From contig MU053934.1 in NCBI GenBank assembly GCA_013239625.1, positions 7,335,352 through 7,399,351 of the forward strand: DNA of 64,000 nucleotides, read 5' to 3'. Below the pieces are notes generated by a model, which did no database searches, was not told where the DNA came from, and saw only the letters and a list, made by a program, of their open reading frames with translations. Positions 38,360 through 50,779 of the stretch are shown here, piece after piece (position 1 is the stretch's first letter; the number at the start of each line of letters is the position of its first letter). The translations under genes were made by a program, and so were the position numbers. This stretch comes from Lama guanicoe (Eukaryota).

Positions 38360-39697
38360 GTAGGTTCCAGTGGCCTCTGGGCCCCACCCACCCCCTTTCC
38401 TGGCCAGTGACTGCTGTGGGCTGGGTGGAAGAGCCTCTGGGTTCTCCAGGCCGGGCTCCAGAGTGGAAATTCCCCAGGTGTGGTCAGGAAGGCAGGTGCC
38501 CTGCACGGGAGATCTGTGCTCTGATACCAGCTCACAGAGGGACCCCCAGAGCACCCAGCATGTTCCCAGTCCTGGGCACTGGCCATCAAAATGGCCTTAA
38601 CACTGGATGCCTCCCGGCCCTCATGACCACGATCACCTCAAGGCCTCTGAAGAGATGGATTCAGTGTTAGAAAACTAGGAGGCCACTTGAGGTGCAGTTC
38701 CTGGCCCTGGCTGTGCAGGCCGAGAAGAGGGGGTTCTCCCAGCGCCAGGGTTCCCTTCTGCTTTAGGCCTCAGGAATCTCTTTGCCATTGGGTCCTGGAC
38801 TCGAAGTTTGGGCTGATCAGGATTTGGGGGCTGGAGGGACCTGAAAGTCTGCCTCCTTCCCCTCCATGCTCCATTTGTAGATGACAGCAGGGGACGTTCA
38901 GCCCGGGGCGTGTTTCCTGACCGCAAGCTCCCATCTGAATGCCAGCCAGCCCTCTAGTGCGCCGCCCCCTAGACTGGGCAGGTGGCCGGTGCTAGGCTGG
39001 GAGGGGCTCAGAGTCTTAGCCGCTGGGAGGCCTATCTGCCTGGGGATTCCCGGCCAGGTCACTGGGATGGAATGTGGGCAGCCCCACCGAGAGCAGGGCT
39101 GAAGCTGGCCTGGGGTGTGGAGGGGCCTGCTGGACTTTTTGATTGGGTGGGAGTGCATACCTCTCCATTTCCATCAAGGATTCATTCAGTGAGTGGGGGG
39201 CCAGGTAGCCCCTCCTTTCTGAAAAGGGGTGGTGACATCGGAGGTTTCAGAATTGAAGACCAAGGAATAGGTCCCCGCGTCCCTCCGCATGAGGAGGGTA
39301 GTGTGAGGCCCCCGCCTCACTGCTCACCTTTCCCACCAAGCCCACCAGGTGGGTGGCCTCTCCCAGGATTCTCCAGGGCGCTCATTGTCCTGGGAGGGGA
39401 AGGAGGGCTGCATCCAGGAGGCTGACTGCTGTTACATGCACTGTCTCCCTGCACTCCCACAAGAGGAGCTGGGACAGGCTCCTGTCCGGCAGCCCCCTCC
39501 CCGTGGTCCAGGACCCGCACTCCAGGGAGTCCACCGGTGGATGGGCCCTCACTGGCTTCTTCCGAAGCAAAATGGGAGCCAGAGGAGGGGAGTTTGAGAG
39601 TTCCTTGCCCCCACCTCGCCCAACCACCCCTTCCCCGACTTGAGCCTGTAGGTCACCAGCACACCACTCCCCTAGTTCCCCTGTGGTCTCCCCACAG

Positions 39698-39805
39698 TGA
39701 CAGCCTCCACGAGTTGGCCGCGCAGCTAGCCTCCACTGCCGATGACATGGAGCTGAGGTTCGTGCTATGCCAGTTTGCTGAGCTGCCTTGGATGGTCATA
39801 TACAG
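39698..39805 (+). CDS. BIK: BIK BH3-containing exon
   Basis: Acceptor cccacag|, translates DSLHELAAQLASTADDMELRFVLCQFAELPWMVIY(S), which aligns to human DALALRLACIGDEMD. Donor AG|GTGAC, 108 nt, phases compatible. Confidence 0.9.
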
Positions 39806-40429
39806 GTGACAAACCCCTGCTAGCTCAGGGCCCCTACAAGGATCTTGACTTAAAATGATGGGTAGCACTGAGTGAGCCCAGGTAGAGCTGTGGGCCCAGC
39901 TGTGCGGGCGGAGCCGTCTGCGCGGGGTGCAGCGGCCCTGACCTGTCAGCTTCCCTGACCTGCCAGCTTCCCTGCAGGTTCTCAGGACCTCACAGAACTG
40001 CCCAGGTGAGGACAGAGACTGCACACTCCAGGACCACGGTGGATGTTGGTCTCTTTGTCTCCAGGAGAAACCCATCCTTTTGAGGAGCCTGGGCCTCTCA
40101 GAGCAAAGCTCCTCCTCCTCCCCTGGACCTGCCTCTGTGGGCCTGCGGGCAGCGAGCACTGCCCTGTGGCGAGCTCTGGGACGCAAGTCCAAACCTGTCT
40201 GCCAGCTTGTGGGGTGGGGGGTGGGGTAGGCCGGAACTCAAATGAGCTTAGGGCCAGAAACAGTCCATGGAGAGAGGCCGCCATTGGTGGAGGCACCCAG
40301 GGAAGGGACAGGGTGGCAGTGGGTGGGAGCGGACAGGCCCTGTTCTCCCTGCAGTTGTCACCTAAAGTAAAGGCTCTCGGCCCCTATTCCTGCAGTAATG
40401 GCCCTGCTTCCCTCCCATTTGTCTTCCAG

Positions 40430-40547
40430 CTTGTTTTTCACCTACAACCAGACAGGCCTGAGAGATGTTTATAGAAGTTTTATGTATGCTCTCACTAACC
40501 TTAGGGAGAACAGAAGGTTCCGGAACTTCCTGGCCGGCAGGGGCAGG
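40430..40547 (+). CDS. BIK: BIK coding exon 3
   Basis: Acceptor tcttccag|, translates LFFTYNQTGLRDVYRSFMYALTNLRENRRFRNFLAGRGR (human [31 protein letters not shown]). Donor AGG|GTAAGC, 118 nt. Confidence 0.9.
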
Positions 40548-41141
40548 GTAAGCCTTGAGATTTCGTGACCTTGACTTCCACTCCAGAAGTTGTGACAGCT
40601 GTGGACCCGCTGCTCCATAGGGCCTACCCTCTCCAGATCCACAGGCCCCACCACTCCCTATTGTCTTGCCTGCGTGCTTCCCCCATTTCTACCTCTGGCC
40701 TCTGGGTGTGAGACTCCTGGCTTACAGACCATATGCCTAAATCCTTGAGCACCTGTGCTGTGCTTTCCCCTCTCCCAGGAATTGCTTCTTATCCCAGGCG
40801 GTTTCCTGACTACTCCCCTCCCCCCTAGCCCATCACCAGCCCCTCACACCAGTTCATTCTATCACACCAGTTCCTGGCAGACCAGCAGCCCCTTGTGGGG
40901 TGTCCTCAGGGCCACCTTCCTCACCTGCCCTTCCTGTGCTCCTCATCTTTCTGGCCAGCTCGTCCTCGACCCCTCCAGTTCTGAGAGGTGCCCCTGTACC
41001 CCCGGCCTTCCCCATCACCACCCCCTCTCACCTGTGCCTGGCTGGTCCTTGTGTCCATGGAGCAGGTGCAGGAGGCGAGTTGCAGTGAGTGGGCCTCCTG
41101 CAGACTGGAGGTCCTCACTGGTCACGATCTTCATCCCACAG

Positions 41142-41225
41142 GTATTCCCCGGCCCGTGGCGCGAGATGGTGCTGTCCCTGCTGCTGGGGGTGCTGCTCAG
41201 CTGTGGGTGCCGCCTCGTCCACTGA
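41142..41225 (+). CDS. BIK: BIK last coding exon (C-terminal membrane anchor)
   Basis: Acceptor catcccacag|, translates VFPGPWREMVLSLLLGVLLSCGCRLVH*. Spliced CDS is 155+108+118+84=465 nt, 154 aa. Confidence 0.85.
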   Translation, partial: VFPGPWREMVLSLLLGVLLSCGCRLVH

Positions 41226-41602
41226 CAGCTGCCTGTTGGTGTGGGGGCAGGGCTGGCCCCTCCCCCTCGACTACCACCCTGGAGGTGGCCTTGTTGGTTT
41301 TGTTGTCTTTTTAACATTTCCTGATGACTTTTTTTTTTAATTTAAACTCTGAGTGCTGGGACACGACTGAGAATCATACTAACTTTTTGTACGAGAGATG
41401 AATTCATTATACCTCTGGGGCTGTTACTGGTTAACGCGCCCGCTCTCCTGGCCCCAGTCTGCCTGTCCTGAGAAGGAGCCTTCCTCTCGTGGGTGGGTCA
41501 AGGAGCCGGCAGCGGGGGGAGTGCTGGTCACACCCCTGTGTCTGTGATGCCCGTGGCAAAAAAAATCTACTGGAATAGATTTCTGTGGGGTGAGGAGAGC
41601 TC

Positions 41603-41608
41603 AATAAA
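41603..41608 (+). terminator. BIK: BIK polyadenylation signal
   Basis: AATAAA about 380 nt after the stop codon, followed by GT-rich sequence (41640-41670). Confidence 0.75.
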
Positions 41609-42066
41609 ATGTTGGTTTCCAGCCAGTCTCTGGTCCTCTCTGGGGGTTTGTGGTGTGGGCTGGGTTTGCCTGTGGAGGGGAGGGAAGGGCAGGGCGTGCT
41701 CCTCGCCACCTGTGCGCCTGCATGCATCACACCGCCTCCTGGCTCCTTCCCACACCTGTAAATGCTGTCATACTGTTTGGCCCAACACAAGCTGGTTTAC
41801 TTCCTCCTTGTCACACCTTAGTGCCTGAAGTCTACCATTAGAGATTATGTCCTTCGGGCTGTCAGTGCCTCCTATCATCAGGCTGCTCGCCTTCCCCACG
41901 TTGGCTCATCCAGCACTCCCTGCTGGAGAGGTGCAGTCTGTGGATACTCACACAGGTGTGGTGGGGAGAAGGGGCTGGGCCAGGGGCAGGAGGGCCAGGT
42001 CACCCTTGCTGTGGGCTTAGCCCACCCCAGACCTGGACCCAGTGCTGTTTCTAGACCCTGCCAGCA

Positions 42067-42084
42067 CCCCCCCCCCCCCCCCCC
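42067..42084. repeat. Poly(C)18 run
   Basis: 18 consecutive C (G18 on the minus strand, G-quadruplex-capable). Confidence 0.9.
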
Positions 42085-45022
42085 GGACGGGCTGGGGTGA
42101 GCCACCTCCTTCCAGCTCTCCGCCATCCCCATTCTATCCCCCTAATCCCAGATCTTCTGCAGCCTCATCTTCCTGCCCGCTTCAGGGCCCAGGTTTGGGG
42201 AGCCTTCCCGCCTCCAACTTAGCCCTAGGCCTGATCCAGCAGGTGCAGCCGCCCCCACCTTCCAGCCAGACTGATCAGACCCTGCCGCCTCAAGACTGTA
42301 GGAAGCACCTGCCCCCAGGCTCTGTGCCGCAGCTCCCCAAGGTCTGGCTCTTCACAGCTTTGAAGCCTGACTTCACTCCCTTTCCTGTGTAAGTTGTCAG
42401 TGTCAGGCCCTCAGAACCTCACAGGGTGAGCCCAGAATCTCCCCATTCCCATGTGGTTGCTGGGATGCTCCACCACAGCAGCCTGCTTCATCTGGAGACT
42501 TTCCATCCCAGACAGACAACCCCTCCCCAAGCTTATAGACCTGGAAGTGACCCCTGGGTCACCCTGTGTGTACTGATTCCAAAGCCAGGGCACTCACTAT
42601 AGAATCAGTGGCTAAGGTTGTGGCAAGGCCAAATCCAGAGGCACCTCTTCCAGGAAGTCCTCCCTGACCACCTAGCGCCCAGCTTGCTCCATCCTGAGCA
42701 CTCAAGATAAATTGCCCACCCAACTATGTACCCACGTGGATGTGGCCAGGGGTGCTTGTGGCTTTTCAAGGAACTTGGGGCTTCAAGGAAAGGGACTGGA
42801 AACACTTTATGAGGTCCCCAGGTATAGCTGATGCTGGCTGGGAAGTGGCCTCGCCCTGCACTAATTCGGGGGTACTTCCCTCCAGGATCATCCTGTCCTG
42901 GGTTTGCAACATCCTTTCCAGCGAGGGGTATCAGAGGACCCCCCCACTGTACTACCTCAGCCCCGGTGGAGGCTCTGGGGGTGTGAAGAGGGCATGGGCG
43001 CCTGCCTCAGATCTCACTTTCCTTTTAGGGAAGAAAAAAACATGCACATAAATAAACCAAGAGTATTGTGGGATAACGGTGTTGTGAGGGCACCAAAAGA
43101 CAGAGTATGATGGGGCCTGTGTGGGGGAGACAAGGCCTCTCTGAGGAGGGGCTGGGGCATCCAGACTGTGGGACAAAGGCCCTGGGGTGGGAGACAGGCC
43201 TGAGCACAGAGGTGTGCTGGTCTGCTCGGGCCAGTGTCTGACCCACTATATCTGCCCGTTCACGGCAGCCTGGGGCCCTGATGAGCTAGCTTGCCTGGCT
43301 TCAGCTCCCACACGCGAGGCAGCCACTTTTGACCTGAGCTGATGGGGCTGCAGCCATCTGGGCCAGCACTTCTCTCTCATCTGACAAAGAGGGGAGTGGA
43401 GGCCCAGAGAGGTAAGGGGCTTGACCGAGGTAGCTCAGGCTTCGGTCACACCAGGACCCTCCAATCCCAATCAGATTGGGATCCAGAGTCAAACCCACTG
43501 TGACTGCTTCACGTGGCAGTTTCCACAGGACCAGAAAGATGCTCAGCCCTTAGGAGCTGAAACTGGCTTCAATCTGAGTTCACAGCAATATTAGAAATCA
43601 CTCTAGTCCCAAAAAAGAACCAGAGGCCTGTCCCTCACAGGTTGAGGGCAGAGATGCCATGTAGTCACTAGTGCCCCCTCCCCATCTCCTGCAGCAGCTC
43701 TCCAGGAGGCCCCGGGGCCCGGCAGACAGGGGACATGCAGCCACTAGGCCCTGGGAGCCTGTTGGCTGGGAGGCTGCTGGAGGCAGTGAAGCACCTTCCC
43801 AGAGGAGGTGACAAAGCTGGGGGTGGGGCACAAGGGGCCCCACCATCTCTGTCCCTTTCAGAGGCCCCTGGTGTGGTCAGATTTCTGGAGATGAGGCAGG
43901 ATCTGAGACTCTTAGGAGGTGCCGCCAGAGAGCGGTGCCCCCTGCAGGCAGACCTGGGGAGTCAAGTGGCTGGGAAGAAAAGCAGGCCAAGGATCTCCAC
44001 TCACGGGGGATCCAAAGATGCGGTGGCAGGTGTGAGTCCCACTTTGGGGTGGGCCAGAGCCCTGGGACCACGGACAGCACTGGTCTCTTCCCAAGGGGAT
44101 AGGAAATCGCCGAGGTCCTGCCAAGGAACAGGATGTAGGATCCACCACAGCCTCCAGGCCCTCACCCCAGACTTGGCGCCCGTCCCACAGCTCCCTTCAC
44201 TGCCCCACGCCTGTCATTCATCCAGATTCAAAGAGGGCAGGGAGAGGGCCCTCCCACCCCCAACCCAGGGCTCCTGTAGGAGAGGTGGAGCCCTGCCCAC
44301 CCACCCTCCATAGCTGGCAGCCCTGAAAGCAAAGAGCCCAGAGGAGCCGCAAGGCCTGCAGGGACCACCCGCCCGCGCCACCACTCCAGCTCCCTCACGA
44401 GGGACGGCGCTCCTCGGAGCTGCCCGCAGTGCAGCGCAGCCAGACACTTGAAGCCGGGACCGTGTGGAGAGCTCGGCCCCCCCAGGCTGCCCGCTACTCA
44501 AAGCTCTCAGCGGGGGGGGTTCCAACAGACTCAGCAATTATTTAAAAACAGTAACAAAGTTCTTTGCAAAAGTTTCAAATTTTCTAAAACAAAGTTTTAA
44601 GAAATAGTTCTTTCTTCATTTTGCTCCAAAGAACACACAAACTCAGGCCATGGTGGAAGTGGGGTTCAGCGGTAATGTCTGCAGTGTTCTCCACTGTGGG
44701 AGGGTGGGTGGGAGGGCCGTGGAAACGTGGGGGCGTGTTTGGGGCCACAATGCTGAAAGTGCTCCTGGCACATAACGGCTGGGAGCCGGGACAGCTGCCC
44801 ACAAGAGCGGGACAGTCCCACGCAACGAAGACCGGTTCTGCTCAAAGGCCAACAGGGCCCCTTAAGAAACAGAATCAAAAACGAGAAACCCTACCCAGGG
44901 TCTGACATGTGCTTCACAACAGGGACATTTAAGGACAAGCTCAGAGATCTCACTCCCTGTAAGGTTTCCCCACTGTCACTGAATCATGAGAAAACCACCC
45001 AAGAAGCTTAGAAATACTCATA

Positions 45023-45028
45023 TTTAAT
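45023..45028 (-). terminator. MCAT: Probable MCAT polyadenylation signal
   Basis: ATTAAA on the minus strand about 770 nt after the stop codon, followed by a GT/T-rich tract (ttcttgggtggttttc). Confidence 0.6.
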
Positions 45029-45797
45029 ACTGACACCAGGGGCTCCTGGTGTGGAGCAGGCCCTGGAGGGTAAGCCCCGAGGGCGGGCCTGTGCCAGACT
45101 AGGCCCCGGGCACACGCAGGCACTCAGTGACCACGGTCTGAAGGGAGGACCCTCCCCACACCACTTCCGCCTTGCTAAAGGGCCCCTCTTCCCCACCAAG
45201 GCAGGGGCCACCCACTCCCTGGCACACAGCAGGCCCGCAATGCTGTTAGATAAGTAAACACGTGGGGGACTGGGTCTCCCAGCTGCTAAGTGATGGGGTG
45301 GACAGAACGGCGGCCGAGGCCCACCGGGTCCTAGCGCCCTCTGGATTCAGTGACAAGGAGCTGACGTTTCGGCTGCATGTGGCCAGAGCCCCCTGGCCCC
45401 AGCCTGCCTTGTGACCATGCCGTCTGCCCACAGCACCCACACGGCAGCAGGCCAAGCCTTCTCAGCCCCAGGACGCAGCGGCAGCCAGGCTGTCTCAGCT
45501 GGCTCTGCAGAGCCACCACCTGAGCTCTCGGGCTGCGGGGGTCTGCCCGAGGCAGAGCAGGCGCCCCCTCAGGCTCCACGCAGCTGTCATGGTTACAGCT
45601 TCTCCCCAGGCATCTAAATATGTTCCAAGTGGGGAGAAACGGACATGCAAAGGAATACTCATTTTCAGTGCTTTTTATGTGGCAGTCAAAGCACTTCGCA
45701 AACAGTCCCTCCCCATCACTGGGAGGAGGGGGCCCAATAGGAAGGCCAGGCTGGGCTCAGCCCCCTGGACCCCCTTCAGTCACCCCCCTCCCAGAAC

Positions 45798-46226
45798 CTA
45801 CTGGTTCTGGTCCAGGTTCTCGTCAGCCTCCAGCACCTCAATGTGACTGTAGGACTTCCAGGCCTGCAGGTTACAGCTCTTCAGGATGGTTCCCAGCTGC
45901 CTCCCAGGTCCCACTTCAAAAGTTCTGGGGAACTCGGTGCCTCTCTTCCTCTGATAAATGGTGTGCATGGTCTGCTCCCACTTCACCGGGGAGACCACCT
46001 GCTGGACCAGCAACTTCTGGATGTGTTTTGGATGCATGTATCTGTTCCCGTCGACGTTTGAGTGGACAGAAACCAGAGGCTTCTTGACATCAATCGCTTT
46101 TAAAACCTGCGCCAGGGGCTCCACGGCCGGCTGCATGAGGCGGGTGTGGAACCCACCGCTAACTGGCAGCATCTTGGTGCGTCTGAAGTGATACTTAGAG
46201 GAGTTTTTCTGGAGAAACTGCAAAGC
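45798..46226 (-). CDS. MCAT: Mitochondrial malonyl-CoA:ACP transacylase, exon 4
   Basis: Acceptor tttttcttccag|, translates ALQFLQKNSSKYHFRRTKMLPVSGGFHTRLM...SPVKWEQ...FEVGPGRQLG...DQNQ*. Contains the catalytic His motif (GGFH), 429 nt. Confidence 0.97.
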   Translation of the reverse strand, partial: ALQFLQKNSSKYHFRRTKMLPVSGGFHTRLMQPAVEPLAQVLKAIDVKKPLVSVHSNVDGNRYMHPKHIQKLLVQQVVSPVKWEQTMHTIYQRKRGTEFPRTFEVGPGRQLGTILKSCNLQAWKSYSHIEVLEADENLDQNQ

Positions 46227-47971
46227 CTGGAAGAAAAACAAGGGAGGTGAAAGCCAGTCAAATCTTAGGGGAAGAACACAAAGAGAGGCGGTCCCCACTG
46301 GCTGACATCACTGCAGGCAAGCACACAGTGTATGTTTATCTCTACACACGCACACCCATATTTCATCCTGCACAGTCGCCAGGTCAGTGTCCCAGAAGCC
46401 CTCCTCCAGGGACCTGACAGTTCACACACCCGACACGGTGCCTGGAAGAGATCTGAGGCTTAATGTGGGTTCTGTCCCAGCATCTTCATTCACCAGCCCA
46501 GGTCCTCAGGCAACCTCTTTGAACTTTTTCTCCCACCATAAAAATCTGCACAATTTCATCTACTTCATAAGATTGCTGAGAAGTGAACAGACAGGCAGTG
46601 TGAAAGCATCTGATAAACAAAAAAGCACTCTAGTGTAGTTTTCAATTAGAATTCTGCCACCCTTTATAATTTTTTAAGCCTGTTTTCTGGTTCACCTATA
46701 ACCTTCAAGATGAAAATTATGCAGATTCTAAGCCTCACTTCACAATGTGAGATCTTTCCCATCAGAAACCCTTCATCTGGGGTTTCTCTAGAGAAAACAA
46801 GAGCTCTTTCCCTGAAGCCAGAAGCCTTCCCCTAAAGGGAACGTCAGCTCCAGAAGGACCTCTGGGACCAACAGGTCCAAACTCAGAACCACTTGCAAAC
46901 AAGGTTATTTCCAAGTATCTTTAAAACAGTATATATTGCTAAGAGACGCTGTGCCCTCGGAACACAGCCCAAGGACTGTCACCTTCACAGCCCTCCACCA
47001 CGATCTGCCAAAGGCCTTCCTACGCACTAAACCGTCTGCCGCATCCCTCCGACCCGATGCCATCCACGGCCTGCTCGGAAGCTGGGCCAGCTGCTCCTGA
47101 GGACTTAACAGTCAGGGTAGCTGCATGACCTTGGGCAACTTCACTTGACCTGTCTGTGCCTCAGTTTCCTCACCTGTAAAATGGGGATAACAGTAATAGT
47201 TATCTCACAGAGCTCTGGTAAGAACCATGCTTGACATACAAGTGCTATACGAGGGTGAGCAATTGATATTATCTGGTTACCAAGCCCATCCGTGTCCACT
47301 GGGGAAAAAATACAACAGGGTAGTTATTTGTGTCCCGAGGGTAGGAGGGTTTAATACTCCTGGCTGGCTGGCACTCGTTCATCCCTCTTTGGGGCCCCTC
47401 CTTGCAGGGGGTGTACCCTGTTGTCCAGGTGTGGCCAGCGCAGTCCGTGGCTCACGACAGGTCACTCGTCAGCATCCCATACCAGGGCCACTCAGCCGCC
47501 TGAGCGCTGGGGCGAAGGTGTAGTGGAGCAGAGCCCAGCACTGCGAGTCTGGACCACGCCTGAGGTCTGGGCTGTCTGTCACTGCAGCAGACCTGGTGTT
47601 TCACATGCAGTACCATGCTCCATCCACGCCCATCACACTGAGGGACACGCCCAGGCGCATCTCTGAACAGAGGCCTGTTGGACTCCACAGCCCAAACCCT
47701 TCCCACCACGCCTGGATCCTCCTGATCAGCGGCACCTATGGAGATAGCTCTGCAGTGGCACTCCTGCGTCTGCGTCCTTCCAGCGGTCTCTTAAGTGCTT
47801 TCCAGGGACAGTCTCTAGACTCATCCAACTCAAGTCCCAGGTCAGGGCCATAGGAGTCAAGGCTATAGCCTCAGGGCCGAGCAGGCTCCTCTGGGGCTGG
47901 CTCTCAGCCCAGGCGCAGGTCTAGCAGAAGCCAAGTTTTTCCACAACCACTGTTGGAGGGGGCTCTCCTGC

Positions 47972-48080
47972 TCAGGGGACCCTGCCCACGCCTGAGCTCT
48001 TTGCTGTGGCACTTCCAAGAGCACCAAAAGGCCATCCCTGGGAACCCCAGGAGCTGTCACCTGGACCAGATTCCCACCTG
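47972..48080 (+). repeat. Left arm of a 109-bp inverted duplication (partner 58531-58639)
   Basis: Manual alignment to the reverse complement of 58531-58639 gives 104/109 identity with no gaps. Confidence 0.92.
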
Positions 48081-49137
48081 TCTGGGAGCCTGTGCGGGAG
48101 ACTCCTGCCCTGACTGGGGGACCCTCCTGGCCCAGTTCTGGGCTTCTTACCAAGGCTATGAGTAGGAATGAGCACCCAGCTCCACAGTTAACGGGGGCCA
48201 CTGGAGCCCATCCTCCCAAGTGAGAACTGCACCAAGAGGGACTCACTGGCTCTCACTGACTCAGAGGAGATACCGAGGGACGTCTGTACACTGGTCAGGC
48301 CTTAACAGGGAGATGAACTCAGCACTCGAGTGGAGGAAACACAGATTCCAGAGAGAGACGGACATGAGCTCTCATCCTGCCTCCAACATCACTAAGCACT
48401 TGCTTTTCTCTGTCTCAGTGTCCTCGTGTAGACCTCCCTCCCACGGAGCACAGGACTGGCTGTAAGGACTGGAACAGACAAGACGTGTAAGCATCGGTCC
48501 TGTCTGCACTCAACACTCCCCACTGGGCACCTGGGACAGAACTGCCCTTTCGTCAGGTGCTCCTCTCTGCCTAGGCTGCCCCTGCTCTCGGCAAACTCAT
48601 CCTCCAGGGACCACCTCTGTAGGTCCTCCGGTCCTCAGCCTGACCCTTGCTGTGCTCTGAAGCCTGGAGTCATCTGTTCCTAGCCAGCCTTCCTTGGATG
48701 GCAGGAGCCCTGGTTATCCATCTGTGGGCCCTCAGTCCCTGTCACGTAGGAGCTGCTTGAGAAATGATGTCTGGGGCAGCAGTGAGTGGAAGGATGGACA
48801 GAAGGAAAAGGTGCAAAAACAGACACACAGGAAAAGCAGAGCAGGGGAGAGTAAGCCAGGAGGCAACAGCTCCTCTGAGGAAGCAACTGGATCAGAGGAT
48901 CTGAGAAGCCCAGAACATATTACAGGAAGGCCCTGGAGACCACCTGGTCCACTCTCCCCACCTCCCGCCTCCCTCTGCAGTGCTCATTCCAGCACACCTC
49001 CCCACGCCCTCAGTTACTTCCCAAAGACCACGGCTGGGCAGAGCCCTCGTTATACTCTGTAGGTTCATAGGTGTGGAATGATTCCAACCTTCTGTACTGA
49101 ACTGGGGTCTAGGACGGCTGCTCCCGTCAACACCAAC

Positions 49138-49355
49138 CTGCAGATGTCCTGAGATCACCTTGCAGTCAGGAAAGAGGTAGCTGGACACCTCGCACACAGG
49201 GTCCTCTATGCCCAAAGTCCTACAGTGCTCCTGGGCTTCCGCACAGGCGATGGTGAACCTGGACTGAGGCTGGCCGAGGACAGACAACATCCCACTGGGG
49301 ACAGCTTCTGAGGCTTCCTGCATGGACTCAGCTCGGACTTTCACCGCATACAAAC
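49138..49355 (-). CDS. MCAT: MCAT exon 3
   Basis: Translates (G)LYAVKVRAESMQEASEAVPSGMLSVLG...YLFPDCKVISGHLQ. Acceptor gggtag|, donor CAG|GTTGGT, 218 nt. Confidence 0.97.
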
Positions 49356-49608
49356 CTACCCAGAGAGAAGTGCATTTGGAAAAATCAAAGCATGTAATGG
49401 AGGGAAGCCCAGACCTGAAAAACAAAGCACAAATTCCAGTTGCTGGAGACACTGATACTAGTATCTAGCACCAGTCCACAAGGCCACAAGTCTACATATC
49501 TGTGTCTACGATAAAACAGATGGTACTGCCATCATCAAAGGGCAAGGTGCTGTCCTTGTCACAGTACAAATTAACCCACAGAGCTTCCTGCCTTAAAGCT
49601 GGCTTGAG

Positions 49609-49748
49609 GGGTGGAGGGTGTAGCCTAGTGGTAGAGTGCATGCCTAGCATACGTGAGGTCCTCGGTTCAATCCCCAGTACCTCCATTAAGTAAATAAACC
49701 TAATAAACTCCCTCCAACAACAAAATTTGTAAAAAATTAAAAAAAAAA
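49609..49748 (+). mobile_element. Vic-1-like SINE with TSD
   Basis: SINE body plus A tail flanked by the direct repeat AAAGCTGGCTTGAG. Confidence 0.88.
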
Positions 49749-49767
49749 AGCTGGCTTGAGATGGGAT

Positions 49768-49972
49768 GGTGGTTCTTAACCAGGGTTTATTTCACCCCCA
49801 GGGTGGTGTCTGGATTCTCCTGATTGTCTAACTGGCGGTGGGGGTGTTACTGGCATCTGGTGGGCAGAGGCCAGGGATGCTGCCCAACACCTTACGATTA
49901 ACACGCCCCGCCCCCGCAGATAAAGAGCACCTGGTCCAAAATGTCAACAGTGCTGCTTCCGAGAAACCCTAG
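49768..49972. mobile_element. MER20-like DNA transposon remnant
   Basis: 'gtggttcttaaccaggg...tactggcatctggtgggcagaggccagggatgctgc...ccaaaatgtcaacagtgctg...gagaaaccct'. Confidence 0.75.
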
Positions 49973-50779
49973 TGCAGAGTAAAGCGGAACAGATTTTGAG
50001 ACACACTGCTCTGAGTCATGACCTCGTTCCAGATCAAATTTTTAGTTAGTAAAATGAGGATAATATTTAACCTGCGTGGATTGTAGTGAAAACTGGGAAT
50101 TATTATTTAAGAGAAATCGTGCTGAACATGAAAAGCAATTACAAGCCATCAGACACTGGGAAAGATGTACCAACTACAAAGATAAGAATTTCAATAATAT
50201 AGCTATCATAAATCAAGCATTAGGGCCCTCACTTAGAACTGGAGGACCTGCTGCTGCCAAGGCAGGGGAGCTAAAATGCAGGGCTTCTGGTTCAGTGTGG
50301 CTCAAGCGCAAGGTGAGAGGACAGGGCTGTGCCCAGGCCTGTAATTACTGGATATCCGTCATCCTGTCCCGGGTCTGCTCCCTGGAGGGGCGGGAGATGA
50401 CGAAGGAGAGGTTAAGAGATCAGTCCAGGTTTGACGGGACAACAAGGCCTGAGGAACGAACCCTGAGCCCTTCCTCCCTAACACACCTCCACTCGCCCAG
50501 CACCGTGTATGTCTGCACTGGAGTGCTAGCCCCTCACGCAAGGACAACTGCGGAGCAGATTCAGTAAGAGCCTGTGTTGGGAGGTAGGCCAGAACACACA
50601 GGAATGTGGAGAGCCTCCCATGTGGCCATTAAATAACTATGCAAAAACATCAAGTGAAAAAAAACACAGAATGTCAATAATTCTGCAAATTATGTACACA
50701 TAAAACTATATTCGTATAAAATTGTTTTATTAGAATGTGAAAATATGAAACCTTTCCCACTTCCTTAATAGTGCTATGC

